This document shows, in pieces, positions 12,451 to 26,451 of a DNA stretch of 64,000 nt. Position 1 is the stretch's first letter. Every line of letters begins with the position of its first letter. This DNA comes from Gracilinanus agilis. Lineage: Eukaryota. The position numbers and the translations under genes are program-made. The stretch spans positions 114,845,986-114,909,985 of the forward strand of contig NC_058135.1 in assembly GCF_016433145.1 (NCBI RefSeq), in the 5' to 3' direction. Below the pieces are notes generated by a model. It made no database searches. It was not told the DNA's origin and saw nothing but the letters and a program-made list of their open reading frames with translations.

Positions 12451-15359
12451 CATAGGGAGCTTGTCAACAAAAATGTCTAGGATATAAAATTATATATTGT
12501 ATTTGTTTCACTTATATGAAAAAGACAGATATAATACTTGAATGTATTGGAAGGACCTCATCAACATGATTTCATTTGAGCATCCAATAATTTATGTTCT
12601 CATTCATGTAGGTAGTCCCACTTCTAAAGTAAATCTGAACCCTCCATATTTTAATAAATAATAATCATGGAATGTTGGTGCTAAAAAATCACTATGCAGC
12701 AGTCACTATTCCAACGATGCATTAACTTGGTTAAAACTCTGACAACAGACCTAGAGTCTATTACTGAGCATCCGCACTTTCAGTCTCTCCAGCCTGGTAT
12801 GGCTTAAATGAGCCTGACAACCACTGTCATTCCCTTTAAGAACCCAGAGACACCACCGTATCATAAGTTATAAGAAAAGTTCATTGATGGTTTGTAGTGT
12901 CATAAATATAAGGACATCATAATATAAAGAGAGGGTGACCTATTTGCAAAGATTCACGGTTACAAATATAGTTCATTTTTCAAAAAAAAATTTGGTTTCA
13001 AACAGCAAGAGGAAGCAAAAACAATCACAGAAGATGTACAATAGTTCTTCATATTTGAGTTCATCCCCCCTTAACCAAACTATGCATGTAACCTCATTCA
13101 GATTAGAAACAATTGTGATTCATGACCTAAAACCCTTAGTGCTTCTGGAATACTAGTCAATGTGGTGACTCTTTAAACAGTTTTAACAACTCTGAAGATG
13201 ACATTTTATTGCTTTCTCGTTTATGTTTGCCATCTGTTTTTCAGATTTCACTTATTGTCTGAATAATTTCTGATAAGAATTCAAATCTTTAAATTTTTTC
13301 CCCTCATCTACTTAAAACCACAGTTGTGATGACTCATAATATGTTCAATAAATGCTTTGGAAACAGTGAGTTCATAATATTTTCTGAAACCATATGTCTG
13401 GCCAATAGAAAAAGCAAAAATCTGGGGAATTCAAGAGTTTGGTATCTGAACAATTCAATCTTGAGGAAAACCCAAACAAAACACAGGCACTGAGAAGCGA
13501 AGACTGAATTCATCCAAAGTGTCCACAATGATGAAAGTCACTGAATTGGAGCTAAGCTGTCTACTTTTCTATACTGGGCCACAGCCAGAGTGGTATCTTC
13601 CTATTTCTTGCGCATTATTTTCAATCTGCCTAAGCTTTAGTCCAGTTTGGCAAAAAATCTAAAACTGAATCTGAGAATGAACTAATCAATTAATAAGTTA
13701 GGGAATTCAGCTTTCCTGTTTTTCATTCCTTCCTCTGTTACATCTGTCTAAAATTAGAAGAGAGAAAAGGGAAACATTGGAGATATTAAATATGAGACTA
13801 TGAGGACCTTCTTGTTAGTAAATTAGGCACAAAGGGACAATGTTTTTAACATTTCAGTCCTACAGAGTATAATTTAATATGGATCTCCTCAAACTCTAAT
13901 GTTACTAATTTTGAGAAAATAGGCAGCAATAGAGACAGCCTAATTTCTGAAGAGCAGGTTTGTTGGAATGTTCTAAGGAATACAAAAGCAATTAATATCT
14001 ATTTTTTTTTGTCATTTTACTACTAGTTGGAAGTCGTGAGTGATATTTCCAGGCAACATAGCCACCATGTATATTGCCTGTATCCAGACTAAGTAATACA
14101 GCATTTGAAGACAAGGGAGAGAATCGCAATGATCATATAGATGCCAGGTTTGAGATGAGTAACAGAAAATAAACAGTGAAATACTAACATTTGAAAGGCA
14201 GAAAGAGAAGTTAAATAAAGAAGGCAATGAATGAAAGTTATAACACCAAGAAGTTAGGAAAGGATTGATTATTTTTTATTGATGTTTTATAGCCCATATG
14301 TAAAACTACCTACCTCTTATCATGGTGCAAATTCCTTGAGTGGGTTAATAAGTTCTGTGTTGAATATTAGTAAATAGTCAAAGGACAGGCAAGTCTTTAC
14401 ATAACAATACTTTTATTGTTATATGAGTACTTTAGGCCAAAGCCCATGATATGTATTACAATGATAGCAACTCATGATTGGCAAAATGCCACTTGGCAGT
14501 AATAAGGAATAAATACATCAAAAGTACAAAGCTCCCAGCCTAGACTAATAATATTTTCCATGTGTATGTCAATTAGTGGATCCATGATTCCATCTATATG
14601 TTTATTGCATCCACTGGGAGAGATGCCTTAACCAAATGAAAAAAGTTTGTTAAAGAAATTCTGGCATGTATGTTTCATTTTTTGATTCTTGTCTTGTTAA
14701 TCTTCAAAGTCTCTTGAAATCATCAGGTTTATTAACTGGATCTCACACTAAGCTTTCTCTTCAAGCTCGTTTGTCCCTTGGCTACTTTTAGTTTCATTAG
14801 GCAATACTACTCATAATCTTCAACCATAGATTTTGCAAATGAGTTAATATTATAAAAATATGTTGCAACATGCTAATGAGATTGTTATCTGACTGAAGTA
14901 GTTCTGGCCTCCCTATTTTGATTGTTGCTTTACATTGTTCAAATTTCCATTGAAAATGGAATAATACAGATCTCTTTTTAGGACATTCATTTTTATCCTT
15001 CTAATTTGGTGTTGATTTTGATAGTGATGATGATGTTAATTTTCATAAGTTGACTAACTGTACTAAGACTTCTTTTTCCAAAGTAATTCCTACATTATTA
15101 ATAGGTTATTTTCTCTTTTCCCCTCAAAACAAGTATTCATTTTGAGTGTACATAGAATGTTTTTAAATGTGTATATCTACTTTCAATAGAATATAAATTC
15201 CTTGAGGGCAAGAATTATTATATTTTTATTTTGCATTTCAAAATCTAATAAATGACCTCTACATAGTAGGAGTGTGATAAATGCTTGTAATTTACTGCTA
15301 AAATACAGAAAATTTCATTTATTGGGATGGTATTTGGCACCTAATATATCCTGTGCCTT

Positions 15360-15560
15360 TAAGATAGTGAAGAAGCAGTAAGATAGAACAGTGAACTGGG
15401 AATCAGGAAGAGATGAGATCAAATACAACCTCAGACATTTAGTAGCTGGGGGACCATGAAGAAGTCATTAATTTCTGCCTCAGTTTCTTTATCTATAAAA
15501 TGGGGATAATAAAAGCACCTACCTCCCAGGATTATTGTGAGGATTTAATGAATGATATGT
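15360..15560 (+). mobile_element. MIR/THER1 CORE-SINE
   Basis: 'ctgcctcagtttctttatctataaaatggggataataaaagcacctacctcccaggattattgtgagg' MIR core. Confidence 0.85.
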
Positions 15561-15723
15561 AAGGAAAAACATATCTATATAGATATGGATATATACACCA
15601 CTAAATATTATTGGACATGAGTTTAAAATGATGCATTATATTCCAAATAAGTCAGACCAAAGCAGAGTAGAATAAGAATATCACTTCCATAGATTTAGAC
15701 CCTATGTTTGCTTGTCTGCTATT

Positions 15724-15742
15724 CTCTGTCTGTCTGTCTGTC

Positions 15743-15778
<36 letters not shown>

Positions 15779-15792
15779 TGTGTGTGTGTGTA
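15724..15792. repeat. Compound microsatellite (TCTG)n(TA)n(TG)n
   Basis: Seen directly in the sequence. Confidence 0.95.
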
Positions 15793-15799
15793 TCCATAT

Positions 15800-16680
15800 A
15801 CTCCACAAAACATTTAACAGCTTCCATATTAAAAGAGAAAAGGAACTAAATCTTTTGTGATTGTAATCATGGTTTCATGTTCTTTAAAAAATTTCTTCCT
15901 GGCATTTGCAATATTTTCTCCTTGACTAAAAATTCTGGAATCTGGCTAAACTATTCCTCAGAGTTTTCATTTTGAGATCTCTTTTAGGAGGTGATTGGTG
16001 AATTCTTTCCCAAGATATTAGAGCAGTTTTTCTCAATAAAATATTGAAATATTATCACTAGGCTCTTTTTGTATTATCATGGCTCTCAGGGAGTCAAATA
16101 ATTCTTAAATGGTCTCTTCTTGATCTATTTTCCAGGTCAGTTGTTTTTGCAATGAAATATTTCACACTTTTTTGCATTCTTTTGATTTTGGTTGATCTTG
16201 ATTCCTCATAAAATCATTAGCTATTATTTGGTCAATTCTCATTTCTAAGGAATTATTTTCTTTATTGAACTTTTTATTTCATTTGGCTAATTATTCTTTT
16301 GAAGTCATTCTTTTTTATAGTCAACATGTGCTCCCTTTTCATTTGACCTATTCTGCTTTTTTAATTTTTATTTCCTTCAGTATCTTTTGTGTCTCTTTTA
16401 CTAAGCTTGTTAATTCTCTTTTCAATATTTTCTTGCCTCATATTTATTTTCCCATTTTTCTCTATCATTCATATCTTTCTTTAACTCTTACAGGAATTCT
16501 TGATGAGTTTATATCCAATTAAATTTTTTTGATACTTTGCTTATAGCAGTAGTCACATTAATGTTTTATTCAGAGTTTATCTTGGTTTTCCCTGATATTG
16601 TAGTAGCTTTTTATGGTGAAGTTCTTTGTGATGTAGTCATTTTCCAGCCTCTATTTAGAATTTGAACTTTGTGATTCTAT
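15800..16680 (-). mobile_element. Old L1/HAL1 ORF1 fragment
   Basis: The minus strand gives 'gacctggaaaatagatcaagaagagaccatttaagaat' (DLENRSRRDHLR) and 'gtcaaggagaaaatattgcaa' (VKEKILQ). Confidence 0.75.
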
Positions 16681-18040
16681 GTATTTAATGAATTTAATCA
16701 TTCTTCTGAGAAGGGCTTAATTACCCTCATTAGAATGACAAAGGAATCTTGACATAAAAAGGTTAAAAATGTCTAGATTTGATGAACTCTGAAATCATTT
16801 CCAAATTTGAAGATTGCTCAGTGGTTGTATGTAATCATTCTTTGTAGAGATAGAATAAGTCATTGAGGACAATGACTTTTGCACATGTTCCCCTTTATAT
16901 ATGTAACTGCTGGAAGGATGTGTGCAAGGAAAGAACCTCCCAAGTTTCCATTTAGCTGCTATAGGGACTGTGTTCATGTATAATGAGAATGTCAATATTA
17001 ATAATGTTAATTTCCTATAGCAAAATGTCAACACATTGACATTTGGATAGAGATTTCATTTTTAAAGCATCAATTTCAGAATTGAAATTTGTAGGTAGTT
17101 TAAAAATTGTAATTCTTAACACTTTTATCACCTTTCCCAACATTTTATCAATACTGTTTCAGAAATGAAAGGAGAACTACATCAAACTAAAGGCCATTTT
17201 GAATTTTTGGCTCATTCATTTCATTGATTGCCAACTCTAAATAAATTATCCCCTATTGCCAAGCCCTCTAATTATCAGCCCTTTACTACTTGTTATAGCT
17301 CAGAAAGGTGGCCCTGTCTGCCAGAGAATTCTATTAGAAACCTTTCTAGTTTCACTAAATTGGTTGGACTTGTGTTTCACTGTATAAAAGATACTATACA
17401 TATCTGGGAATTAAAGGTCACCTCCAAACCATGATGAAAATAGGATATTTTTAAGACCTCTAGGCTTGTTGTGGTTGGCTTGCTCTGTCCTTGCCATATG
17501 AAGCTAAATTTGTCTTTGCTTTTCAATTATTTGAAGGTGATAAACTGTGATTCTGACAGTTCATTTTTTCTCAACTCTAACACTAAGCCTAATTTAAAGT
17601 CTTGGCAAAAATCAGAAAAGCCAGCTGTCCCCAGGCTAGATACTTTAAGAATGACTGATGATTATGCATGATGATAGCCCCTGCCTCAGAATAGATTTTA
17701 CTAATTCCTACATTTGACTTTTTTGGTCTCATTCTGCATTAACACACTTGAAAGGAGCTCCAGTTTCACTTTGTCTAATATAGTAAAAACAAAAATAACA
17801 AAAACAATATGAAAACAACCAAAGATGAAGTGTACAAAATAGACAAAAAGCCAAATTCAGGGATTTAATTCAATCTTTAAAAATTAGAATCGAACAATTA
17901 GAAGAGAATGACTTCACAAGACACAAGAATGTATAAGACAAAATCAAAAGAATGAAAATTTGAGGAAAATATGAAATACCTCATTGATAAATCAACAGAC
18001 CTAGAAAATAGATCCAGGAGAGACAATTTAAGAATTATTG

Positions 18041-19480
18041 TAGTTCAGGAGTGGAACCAAGATGGTGGAGTAATTCAGAGAAGCTCTGCACCACCATGAG
18101 AATCCTCTCTGATCAATATTAAATAATGGCACAAAATGAATACAGGAGTGAAAGAACCAACAAGGAGACAGAGTGAAACAACATTCAAGAAAAGAAAAAC
18201 CCAAAAGGTAGGCAAAGAACATCTGGGGCACTGGGGTATGAGGAGAGCAGACAGAGCAAGAAGCTGTAGCAAGAAGGGAAGAGCGAGCCACAAACCCTCA
18301 CCCCATATCTGTTGCACAAGGTTTGGGAACCTATGCTGAAGCCAACATTCAGGTCCTGAAATCCTGCTTGGGGAAATAGTGGTATAGGCCAAGCCGTACC
18401 CCTTGAAATTTCAAACCTGTAGAGCAGTCTATATCCCCAGCCCAGGGAATTCTATTCTGGACTTGGGCTAAGGACTCAGTTCCCACTTTGGGATGGTTAA
18501 TAGTACTAACTTCTGACTTATGATCTTTTTGCCTAAAGCTCAGGACAGAGCTCCAAAACAGGACAATCAAGGGTATGCCTGATTGGACTAAGTACATTGT
18601 GAGACTAAAAACTTGAGACTAATCCTGGGGATAGAATATGGTCAGCCTCTGATCAAGATCTGAGTGAGATCAAAAGCTTACACCTAAGCCTGAAAACAGT
18701 CTTTAGGCTTTCAGCATTTCAAAGGTCAATTGAATCATCATGGGAGGAAGCTCTCAGAGCTCTCAGCCCTCAGACCATCACATCATCCCCCCCCATGCCT
18801 ACATTTAATTACATAGGAAAAATGAGCAAACAACAAAAAAGCACCTCACTCTAAAGAATTTTTATGGAGACAGAGAGGAAGGTACAGATAAGAAGAGGAC
18901 AGTGAAAGCAAAGGAAATACATGCAAAGTCCAAAAGAAAAATATGGGTTGGACATAGATTCTGGAAAAACTCAAAAAAGACTTCAAAAACAATTAAGAGA
19001 GGCAGAAGAAAAGTGGGAAAGAAAAATGAAAGTGATGCAAGAAGAAATGGGCCAATTGAAAAAGGATAAGCAAAAACTGACAGAGGAAAATCAGGCCTTA
19101 AATATTGGAATTGACCATCTACAAATTAATGATTTCATGAGAATTAAAGAAACAATAAAGCAGAATCAAAGGAATGAAAAAATGTAGCAAAACAAGAAAT
19201 ATCTTATTGAAAAAACAACTGACCTAGAAAATAGATCTAGGAGATATAATTTGAGAATTATTTGATTATCTGAAATCCATGATCAAGAAAAAAAACCTTG
19301 GGTATCATTTTATAAGAAATTATCAAAAACAGAGATCCTCAAACAAGAAAATAAAATTGAAATTGAAAGAATACACAGATCACCTCCAGAAAGAAATCCT
19401 CAAATGACAACTTTTAGGAATGTAGAATTCCTAAATTCAAAGGTAAATTCAAGAGCCACCAAGACAAGGAAAAATATTTC
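18041..19480 (+). mobile_element. 5'-intact, 3'-truncated L1 (5'UTR + partial ORF1) inserted into the ORF1 of another L1; 11-bp TSD
   Basis: AAGAATTATTG at 18030-18040 and 19481-19491. Removing the insert restores RDNLRIIGLLENHDQ. The insert starts '..ggaaccaagatggtggag' (L1 5' YY1-like motif), with the ORF1 ATG at ~18821. Confidence 0.8.
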
Positions 19481-21648
19481 AAGAATTATTGGACTACTGG
19501 AAAATCATGACCAAAGTAAAAACCTGGACATCATTCTACAGGAAATTATATGAGAAAACAGCCATGAAATTCTTGAATAGAGGGTTAAGTAGAGATCAAA
19601 AGAATCCACATTAACAACTGCATTAAATCCCCAATTGACAATATGCAGGAATTTTATAGCCAAGTTCAAGAACTTCCAGACTAAGGAAAAGATACATACT
19701 ACAAGCTGCTAAAAGAAACAATTCAGGTATCATGGAGCCATAGTCAGGATTACACAGGACCTGGCTGCATCCACACTGAAGGACTGGAAGGCATGGAATA
19801 TGATTTTCTGTAAAGCAAGGAAACTGGGTCTACAACTAAGAGTCAACTACCAAGCAAAATTGACTATCTTGGAGGGGAAAGTATAGTCATTTAGAAAAAT
19901 AAAAGATTTCCAAGCATTCCTAAAGAAAAGACTAGACTTAAACAGAAAATGTAAAGCCTAAATATAGAACTCAAGAGAATCACAAAAAGGTAATTAGGAA
20001 AGAAAAAAATTAAGGGACTCAATAAGGTCAAATGATTTATATTCCTAATTGAAAAGATGATATGGGTAACTTAAAATTGTTGTTATTGGGGTAGCTAGAA
20101 GAAATATACTTTGAGGACACAGTGGTAAACTGTAATGTATGATATGACAAAAAAATATAAAAAACTAGGCATGAAAGAGGATAATACTAAGAGAAATGAG
20201 AAAAGAGATGAAATGAGATAAACATATATTTCATAAAGTAGTTCACAGGGTCGAAATTGGGGAGAAGACCAATTCAATGGAAGGGAGGAAGAGGTAAGCA
20301 ACAGGTAATACTTAAATCTTACACTCATTGGAATCAGCTCAGAAAGGGAAGAACAATAGATCAATTGGGGCAGAAAATTGTATAGTGCCCTATAGAGAAG
20401 TAAAAGTGTAATAAACGGGCTGGTGGGGAGTGGAACAATACAAGGGAGAGAGAGGTTGGGAGTCACTTAAAAGGCACTATAGTAAGAGGGGAATAATAAG
20501 AAGGGAGTGGGTGGGAAGGGGGATAACATTAGGGAGGGGGAAAGGGTGAGATTGACTAAAAGGGAAAAGTTGGAGGGGCGGGTAAGAAGGATAAGAGAAA
20601 AGATACAAATAAAGGAGGAAGTCAAAATGGAGGAGAATACACAGACAGTATCCATAATTGTGAATGTGAATGGGATGAACTCTCCTATAAAAAAGAATTA
20701 GATAGCAAAATGGATTAAAACCTAGAATGCTAGAAGGAATATACCTTCTTTTCAGTAGCACATGGCACATATACAAAGATTGACCATGTACTAGGGCATA
20801 AAAACATTGCAAAAAATGTAAGAAATCAGAAACAGTAAATGTAATTTTTCAGACCAGAATGAATAAAAATCATAATTATAAGGGCTTATGGAAAGGCAAA
20901 TTTTAAATTCATTAGAAATGAAATAATCTAATTCTTCAAAACTGGTGTGTCAAAGAACAAATCAAAGAACCAATTACTGATTTCATTGAAGAGAATGACA
21001 ATGAGGAGACAACATATCAAAATCTATGGGATACAGCCAAAGCAGTACTAAAGGGTAAATTTATAGCCCTTAGTACATATATATCAACAAATCAGAGTAG
21101 AAAGATATCAATGAATTGTGAATGCAACTAAAAAAACTAGAAAGAGAACAAATTAAAAATCCCCAGATAAAAAACTAAATTTGAAATTCTAAAAATCAAA
21201 GGAGAAATTAATAAAATTGAAAGTAAAAGAACTGTTGAACTAATAATTAAGACTAGACCAGGAGCTGGTAGTTTGAAAAAACAAATAAAATATATAAAGT
21301 ACTGTTTAATCTAATTAAAAAAAGAAAGAATAAAATCAAATTACCAGTATTAAAGATAAAAAAGACAGCATCACCTCTAATGAAGAGGAAATTAAAGTAA
21401 TTATTAAGAGTTATTTTGTCCATTTATATGCCAACAAATATGACTAGTTGAAATGGGTGAATATTTACAAAAATATAAACTGCCTGAGTTAAAAAAGAGG
21501 AAATAGAATACTTAAACTAGGTATTTATCCTGTCTCAGAAAGAGAAATTGAACAAGCCATCAAAGAACTCTCTAAGAAAAAATCCCCATGGCCAGATGAA
21601 TTCACAAGTGAATTCTATCAAAGAATTAAAAAAAACTAATCCTAATAC

Positions 21649-22308
21649 TGAGAAGATGGGATTAACTCTCCCCTATTCATTCTTTAGATATTTTTTTTAG
21701 TCATCAGGAATATATACACTCCCACTTAATACTTAAGTGGGGAGGAGGTCTATGACCCACGTGTGCTAGCAAGTGACCAATCAAAAACAACTGACTAGCC
21801 CTGTAGTCCGAAGCAAAGTTAAAGTTAAAGCTGCTGTTGGTCCATGTAAAAGTGGAAGGAAGGCGCAGGAAATGATGCAAAGAACTATCTTTAAAAATGG
21901 TGGTAACTTCCTTTGATTAGCTTTTTCCTTCTGAACTTCACCTTAGAGGAACTCAGGCTTGAGACCTCAGACTGCTTCCCTTTGGACTGCCATGTGGGTA
22001 AGTGAAAAGGCTGACTCCCTTTCCTAGATTTTCTAGAAGGACTATTCTTGGGAGAGGCCCCTCATCTTGGGGAAGGCTTTGGGCTAGAATCCTTGTTAAA
22101 TTTACCTCTGGGCCCCACTTTGCTGGGGCCTCTGAAGCCCCTGCCTGGTTTGGAGCAGGCCAGAGTAATTATCTCTCTCTCTCTCTTTTTCCTTACTTTC
22201 ACTCTTTATATTTGTAAATAAATTACCATAAAAGTAATTCTGACTTGAGTAATTAATTTCAGCATCCACACTCATATATTCAGTCCAACTATAATTTTAC
22301 CCTTTATA
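21649..22308 (+). mobile_element. Solo LTR (660 bp, probably ERV1/gamma-like) inserted in L1 ORF2
   Basis: TG...TA termini (CA>TA). 4-bp TSD ATAC at 21645-48 and 22309-12. CCAAT at ~21777 and AATAAA at ~22217. Removal rejoins the L1 'ctaatcctaatac|tatgcaaact'. Confidence 0.85.
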
Positions 22309-24729
22309 ATACTATGCAAACTTTTTAACAAAATAAGCAAAGAGTTTTACCAAATTCCTTTTATGACACAAATATGGTACTGATTCCAAAGCCAGGCAGA
22401 TCAAAAACAGAGAAAGAAAACTAAAGATCAATCTCCTTAAAGAATCTTAAATAGAATACTAGCAAAAACACTCCAGCAAGTGATCACCAGGGTTATTCAT
22501 TATGATCAGGTGGGATTTATGCCAGGAATGCAAGGATGGTTTAATATTAGGAAAACCGTCTATATAATTGGTCATATCAATAATCAAACCAACAGATATC
22601 ACATTATTATTTCAATAGATGCAGGAAAAGACTTTTATAAAATAAAACACCCATTCCTGTTGAAAACACTAGAAAGTATAGGAATAGATGGCCTTTTCCT
22701 CAAAATAATAAATAATTAAAAACATCATCAAGCATCATCTACAATGGGGATAAGATAGAAGCCATCCCAATAAGATCAGGAGTGAAGCAATAAAAATGAC
22801 AATCCTACCAAAATTAATTTACTTATTCAGTGCCATACCTATAAAACTACCAAGAAACTTTCTTATAGAATTAGAAAAAATATAACAAAGTTCATTTAGA
22901 AGAAAAAAGGTTCAAGAATATCAAGGGAAATGATGAAAAATGTGAAGAATGGAGGCCTAGCAGTACCAGATCTTAAACTATACTGTAAAGCAGTGATCAT
23001 CAAAACAATAGGGTATTGACTAAAAGATAGAAGCATGGATCAATGGAATATACTTGGGGTAAATGACAGCAGCAAAATAGTGTACAATAAACCCAAATAT
23101 TCCACCTTTTGGGAAAAGAACCCACTGTTTGTCAAAAACTGCTGGGAAAATTGAAAAACAGTATGGGAGAGATTCAGTCAACATCTCACACCCTATACCA
23201 AGACAAATTAGGATGGGTAAACGACTTAAATATAGAGAAATTATAAGTAAATTAAGTGAATATAGAATAGTATACCTATCAGATATATATGAAAAGAAAG
23301 AATTTAAGATCAAGCATGAGATAGAGAATATTACAAAATGTAAAATCAATAATTTTGGTTAAATTAAATTTAAAAGGTTTTGTATAAACAAAAACAATGC
23401 AACCAAAATTAGAAGGGAAGTAATAAATTGGGGGAAAATCTTTATAACACAAACCTCAGACAATGGTCTTATTTATCAAATTTATAAGGATCTAAGTCAA
23501 TTGTACAAAAAATCAAGCCATTCCCTAACTTATAAATGGGAAAGGGACATGAATAGGCAGTTTTCAGATAAAGAAATCAAAACTACCAATAAGAACATGA
23601 AAAAAGTGGTCTAACTCTCTCATAATAAAAGAAATGCAAATGAAAACAACTCTGAGGTACCACCTCACACCTAAAAGATTGGCTAATATGACAGTAAATG
23701 AAAGTAATATATGTTTGGAGAAGATGTGGCAAAATTGGAACACTAATACAATGCTAGTGGAGTTGTAAATTGATCCAACCATTCTTAAAGTCGATTTGGA
23801 ATTATGCCCAAAAAGCTTTAAAATACTGCCTTCCCTTTGATCCAGCCATACCACAGCTGGGTTTGTGCCCCAAAGAGATAATAAGGAAAAATACTTGTAC
23901 AAAAATATTTATATCTGTGCTTTTTATAGAGGCAAAAAGAAAATGGAAAATGATAGTTTCCCCCAATTGGGGAACAACTGAACAAATTGTGGTAACTGAT
24001 GGTGATGGAATACAATTGTGCTGAAAGGAATAATTTACTGGAGGATTTCTAGGTGAACTGGAAAGACCTCTAGGAATTGGTGCAGAGCAAAAGGAGCAGA
24101 ACCAGGAGAACACTGTACACAGAGACCAACACACTGTGGCACAATTGAATGTAATGAACTTCTCTACTAGCAGTAATGCAATGATCCAGGACATGAGGGA
24201 CTTATGAGAAAGAACACTATTCACATCCAGAGAAAGAGCTGTGGGAGTAGAAATGCAGATGAAAAATATATGATCAATCATATGATTCAATGGGTACACA
24301 ATCGGGGATTTTGGCATAAAAAACCACTTTATTGCAAATATTAATAATATGGAAATAGGTTTTGAACAATAACACATGTATAACCCAATGGAATTGCTTG
24401 TCTGCATGAGGAGGGGGGAGGGAGGAGAGAGGAGGCAAGAGAAAGAGCAAGAATGATTGAACCATGGAAAAATATTCTAAATTAATTAATTTTTTAAAAT
24501 AAAGTAATTTCTCTATAAAAACAAACAAACAAACATCATAGCTCCTAGAGTCTTTGAGCCATCTAGTGGTCAGGGCTTATCCATAATGAAGCAAACTTCT
24601 AAGAGCAATTACAAAGAAAGTCTCATTTTCTCCTGCTCACATAAAGTGGTGTGGAGTTAAGCCAAGAAAATCTTGTGATCAATATGAATCCAAAACTATG
24701 TAGATACTCAGAGATAGCCTGTATTGTTT

Positions 24730-25140
24730 TTATTGTTAAGTTATATCTGATTCTTCTTGATCCTATTTGAGATTTTCTTGGCTAAGATACTGGAGTGGTT
24801 TGCCATTTTCTCTCTCTAGCTCATTTCCTTCCATATTAGAATCAATACTGTGTGTTGATTCCAAAGCAGAAGAGTAGTAAAGTCTAGGCAATGGACATTA
24901 AGTGACTTGTCTAAGGTCACACAGCTAGGATTTTTGAGATCAGATTTTAACCCAGTACCTCCTGTCTCCAGGCCTGACTCTCAATTTCATGAGTTACCCA
25001 GCTGCTCCCATTCAGTTTATTTTACCAATGAGGAATAGAGGCAAAGAGGGTTAAGTAACTTGCCCAGGGTCACACAGCTGGTTTCTGTTGCCAGATTTAA
25101 ACTCTGAAAGGTGAGTTTTATAGTCACTGAACCACCTAGC
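24730..25140 (-). mobile_element. Mar1-type CORE-SINE interrupted by a SINE1-like element (~24825-25010)
   Basis: 'ttttcttggctaagatactggagtggtttgccattt' (Mar1/BovB-type tail), then a nested SINE, then the CORE 'gggttaagtaacttgcccagggtcacacagct'. Confidence 0.75.
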
Positions 25141-25943
25141 TACCATTTTATACAAGTCCCTTAGCCTATCAATTCTCTAGTTACTGATAAATTAAGACTA
25201 TAAATTACAAAAGGGGGTCAATCTGCATTAGTAAGTTGAATTTCCTGAAACTGGAGTTCCCAGGACCAGTGAAATCTCAGGTCTAGTCACCATCCCTAAT
25301 CATAATCATAGGAAAAGACCATAGTCAATTTCTATTCTTAAAATTTCATTCTTTTTAAGTATAACAATTNNNNNNNNNNNNNNNNNNNNNNNNNNNNNNN
25401 NNNNNNNNNNNNNNNNNNNNNNNNNNNNNNNNNNNNNNNNNNNNNNNNNNNNNNNNNNNNNNNNNNNNNNNNNNNNNNNNNNNNNNNNNNNNNNNNNNNN
25501 NNNNNNNNNNNNNNNNNNNNNTGCACACAAATATATATATATATGTATGTATATATATACATACACATATAGGTATATAAATACATACTCACAGAAGGTC
25601 CACTGAGAATACACACTCTCTAAACATCTTCCAAGAGCACCTTTTACAATCAGCTGATAACCAAGGCAAATAATTCATTGATTGTAGACTTTGGATATGA
25701 ATTCTGCTTAATTATTTTAATGGTGGTATGCTTGGACTCTTATCAGTGTCTTACTTTGACTCACCATTAAGTTTAGTATGAATACATTGGCATAGCCTGC
25801 CATGCATTTCAGTTGGTTCCATGATACCATGTTGCATTAGAAGATTGAAGGCTTCTGTGTGTGTGGTTTTTTAATCCTTAAAATTTGATGCTTCTTTCTC
25901 CATGAAGAATTCCTTTCTCACATCCTCAACTGCCTTTCAGATA

Positions 25944-26451
25944 TGTTATGAGGAAAGGAGTGCAAACAGGTAAGAGAGAGATTTTGCACAGAGAGCAGTC
26001 AGTGTGCAAGACATTGCCACATGCCCTGGAACTATATGTTGGATTCTAAGAATGAGGGGACATTATAAAAAAGGACACAGAGAGCTGCCTAAGAGCTTTG
26101 TGACTTCCTGTTGGGGGTATAGCCTGAAGCTGACAACTTCCTCTGGCTTGGAATCTTTACAAGACTTGGAGGAGTTTGTTTCCTATTCCCCTTGAAGCCA
26201 AGCTTCAGATCCTATGGTCCTGTTTCAGATAAATCCTGCATACCTGTGATCCACTCATGTTCCTGTGTCCTGAGAGATTATTCCCAACTGCTGTGAAGAT
26301 CTCTGCTGGCCAACCAGTAAACTGTCTGTGGATAGGCCTGAAGCCATCTCGGACCTAACCCAATGAGGGTTGATCCCTGAAATAAAGGGAATTGCTTAAC
26401 TGCTCTGAAAGACTATACATCTAACCAAAATGTTATCTGGGAGGTAATACA
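25944..26451 (+). mobile_element. Putative solo LTR
   Basis: TG...CA ends, TATAAAAA at ~26062, AATAAA at ~26381, LTR-like GC-richer composition. No clean TSD found, so the left end is uncertain. Confidence 0.55.

Larger units (their letters stand above)
17780..24535 (+). mobile_element. 5'-truncated, internally deleted L1 (ORF1 remainder, spacer, ORF2 pseudogene from ~20627, 3'UTR, A-rich tail); host to two nested insertions
   Basis: ORF2 start MEENTQTVSIIVNVNGMNSPIK. Motifs YTFFSVAHGTYTKIDHVLGHK and [19 protein letters not shown] (track ORF 22480-22719). 3' end (AAAC)n at ~24520-24535. Many stops and frameshifts. Confidence 0.92.

Noticed and set aside
23802-24407. Longest ORF in the track (201 aa, minus strand)
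   Set aside because: It is the antisense of an L1 3' end, with no independent protein features.
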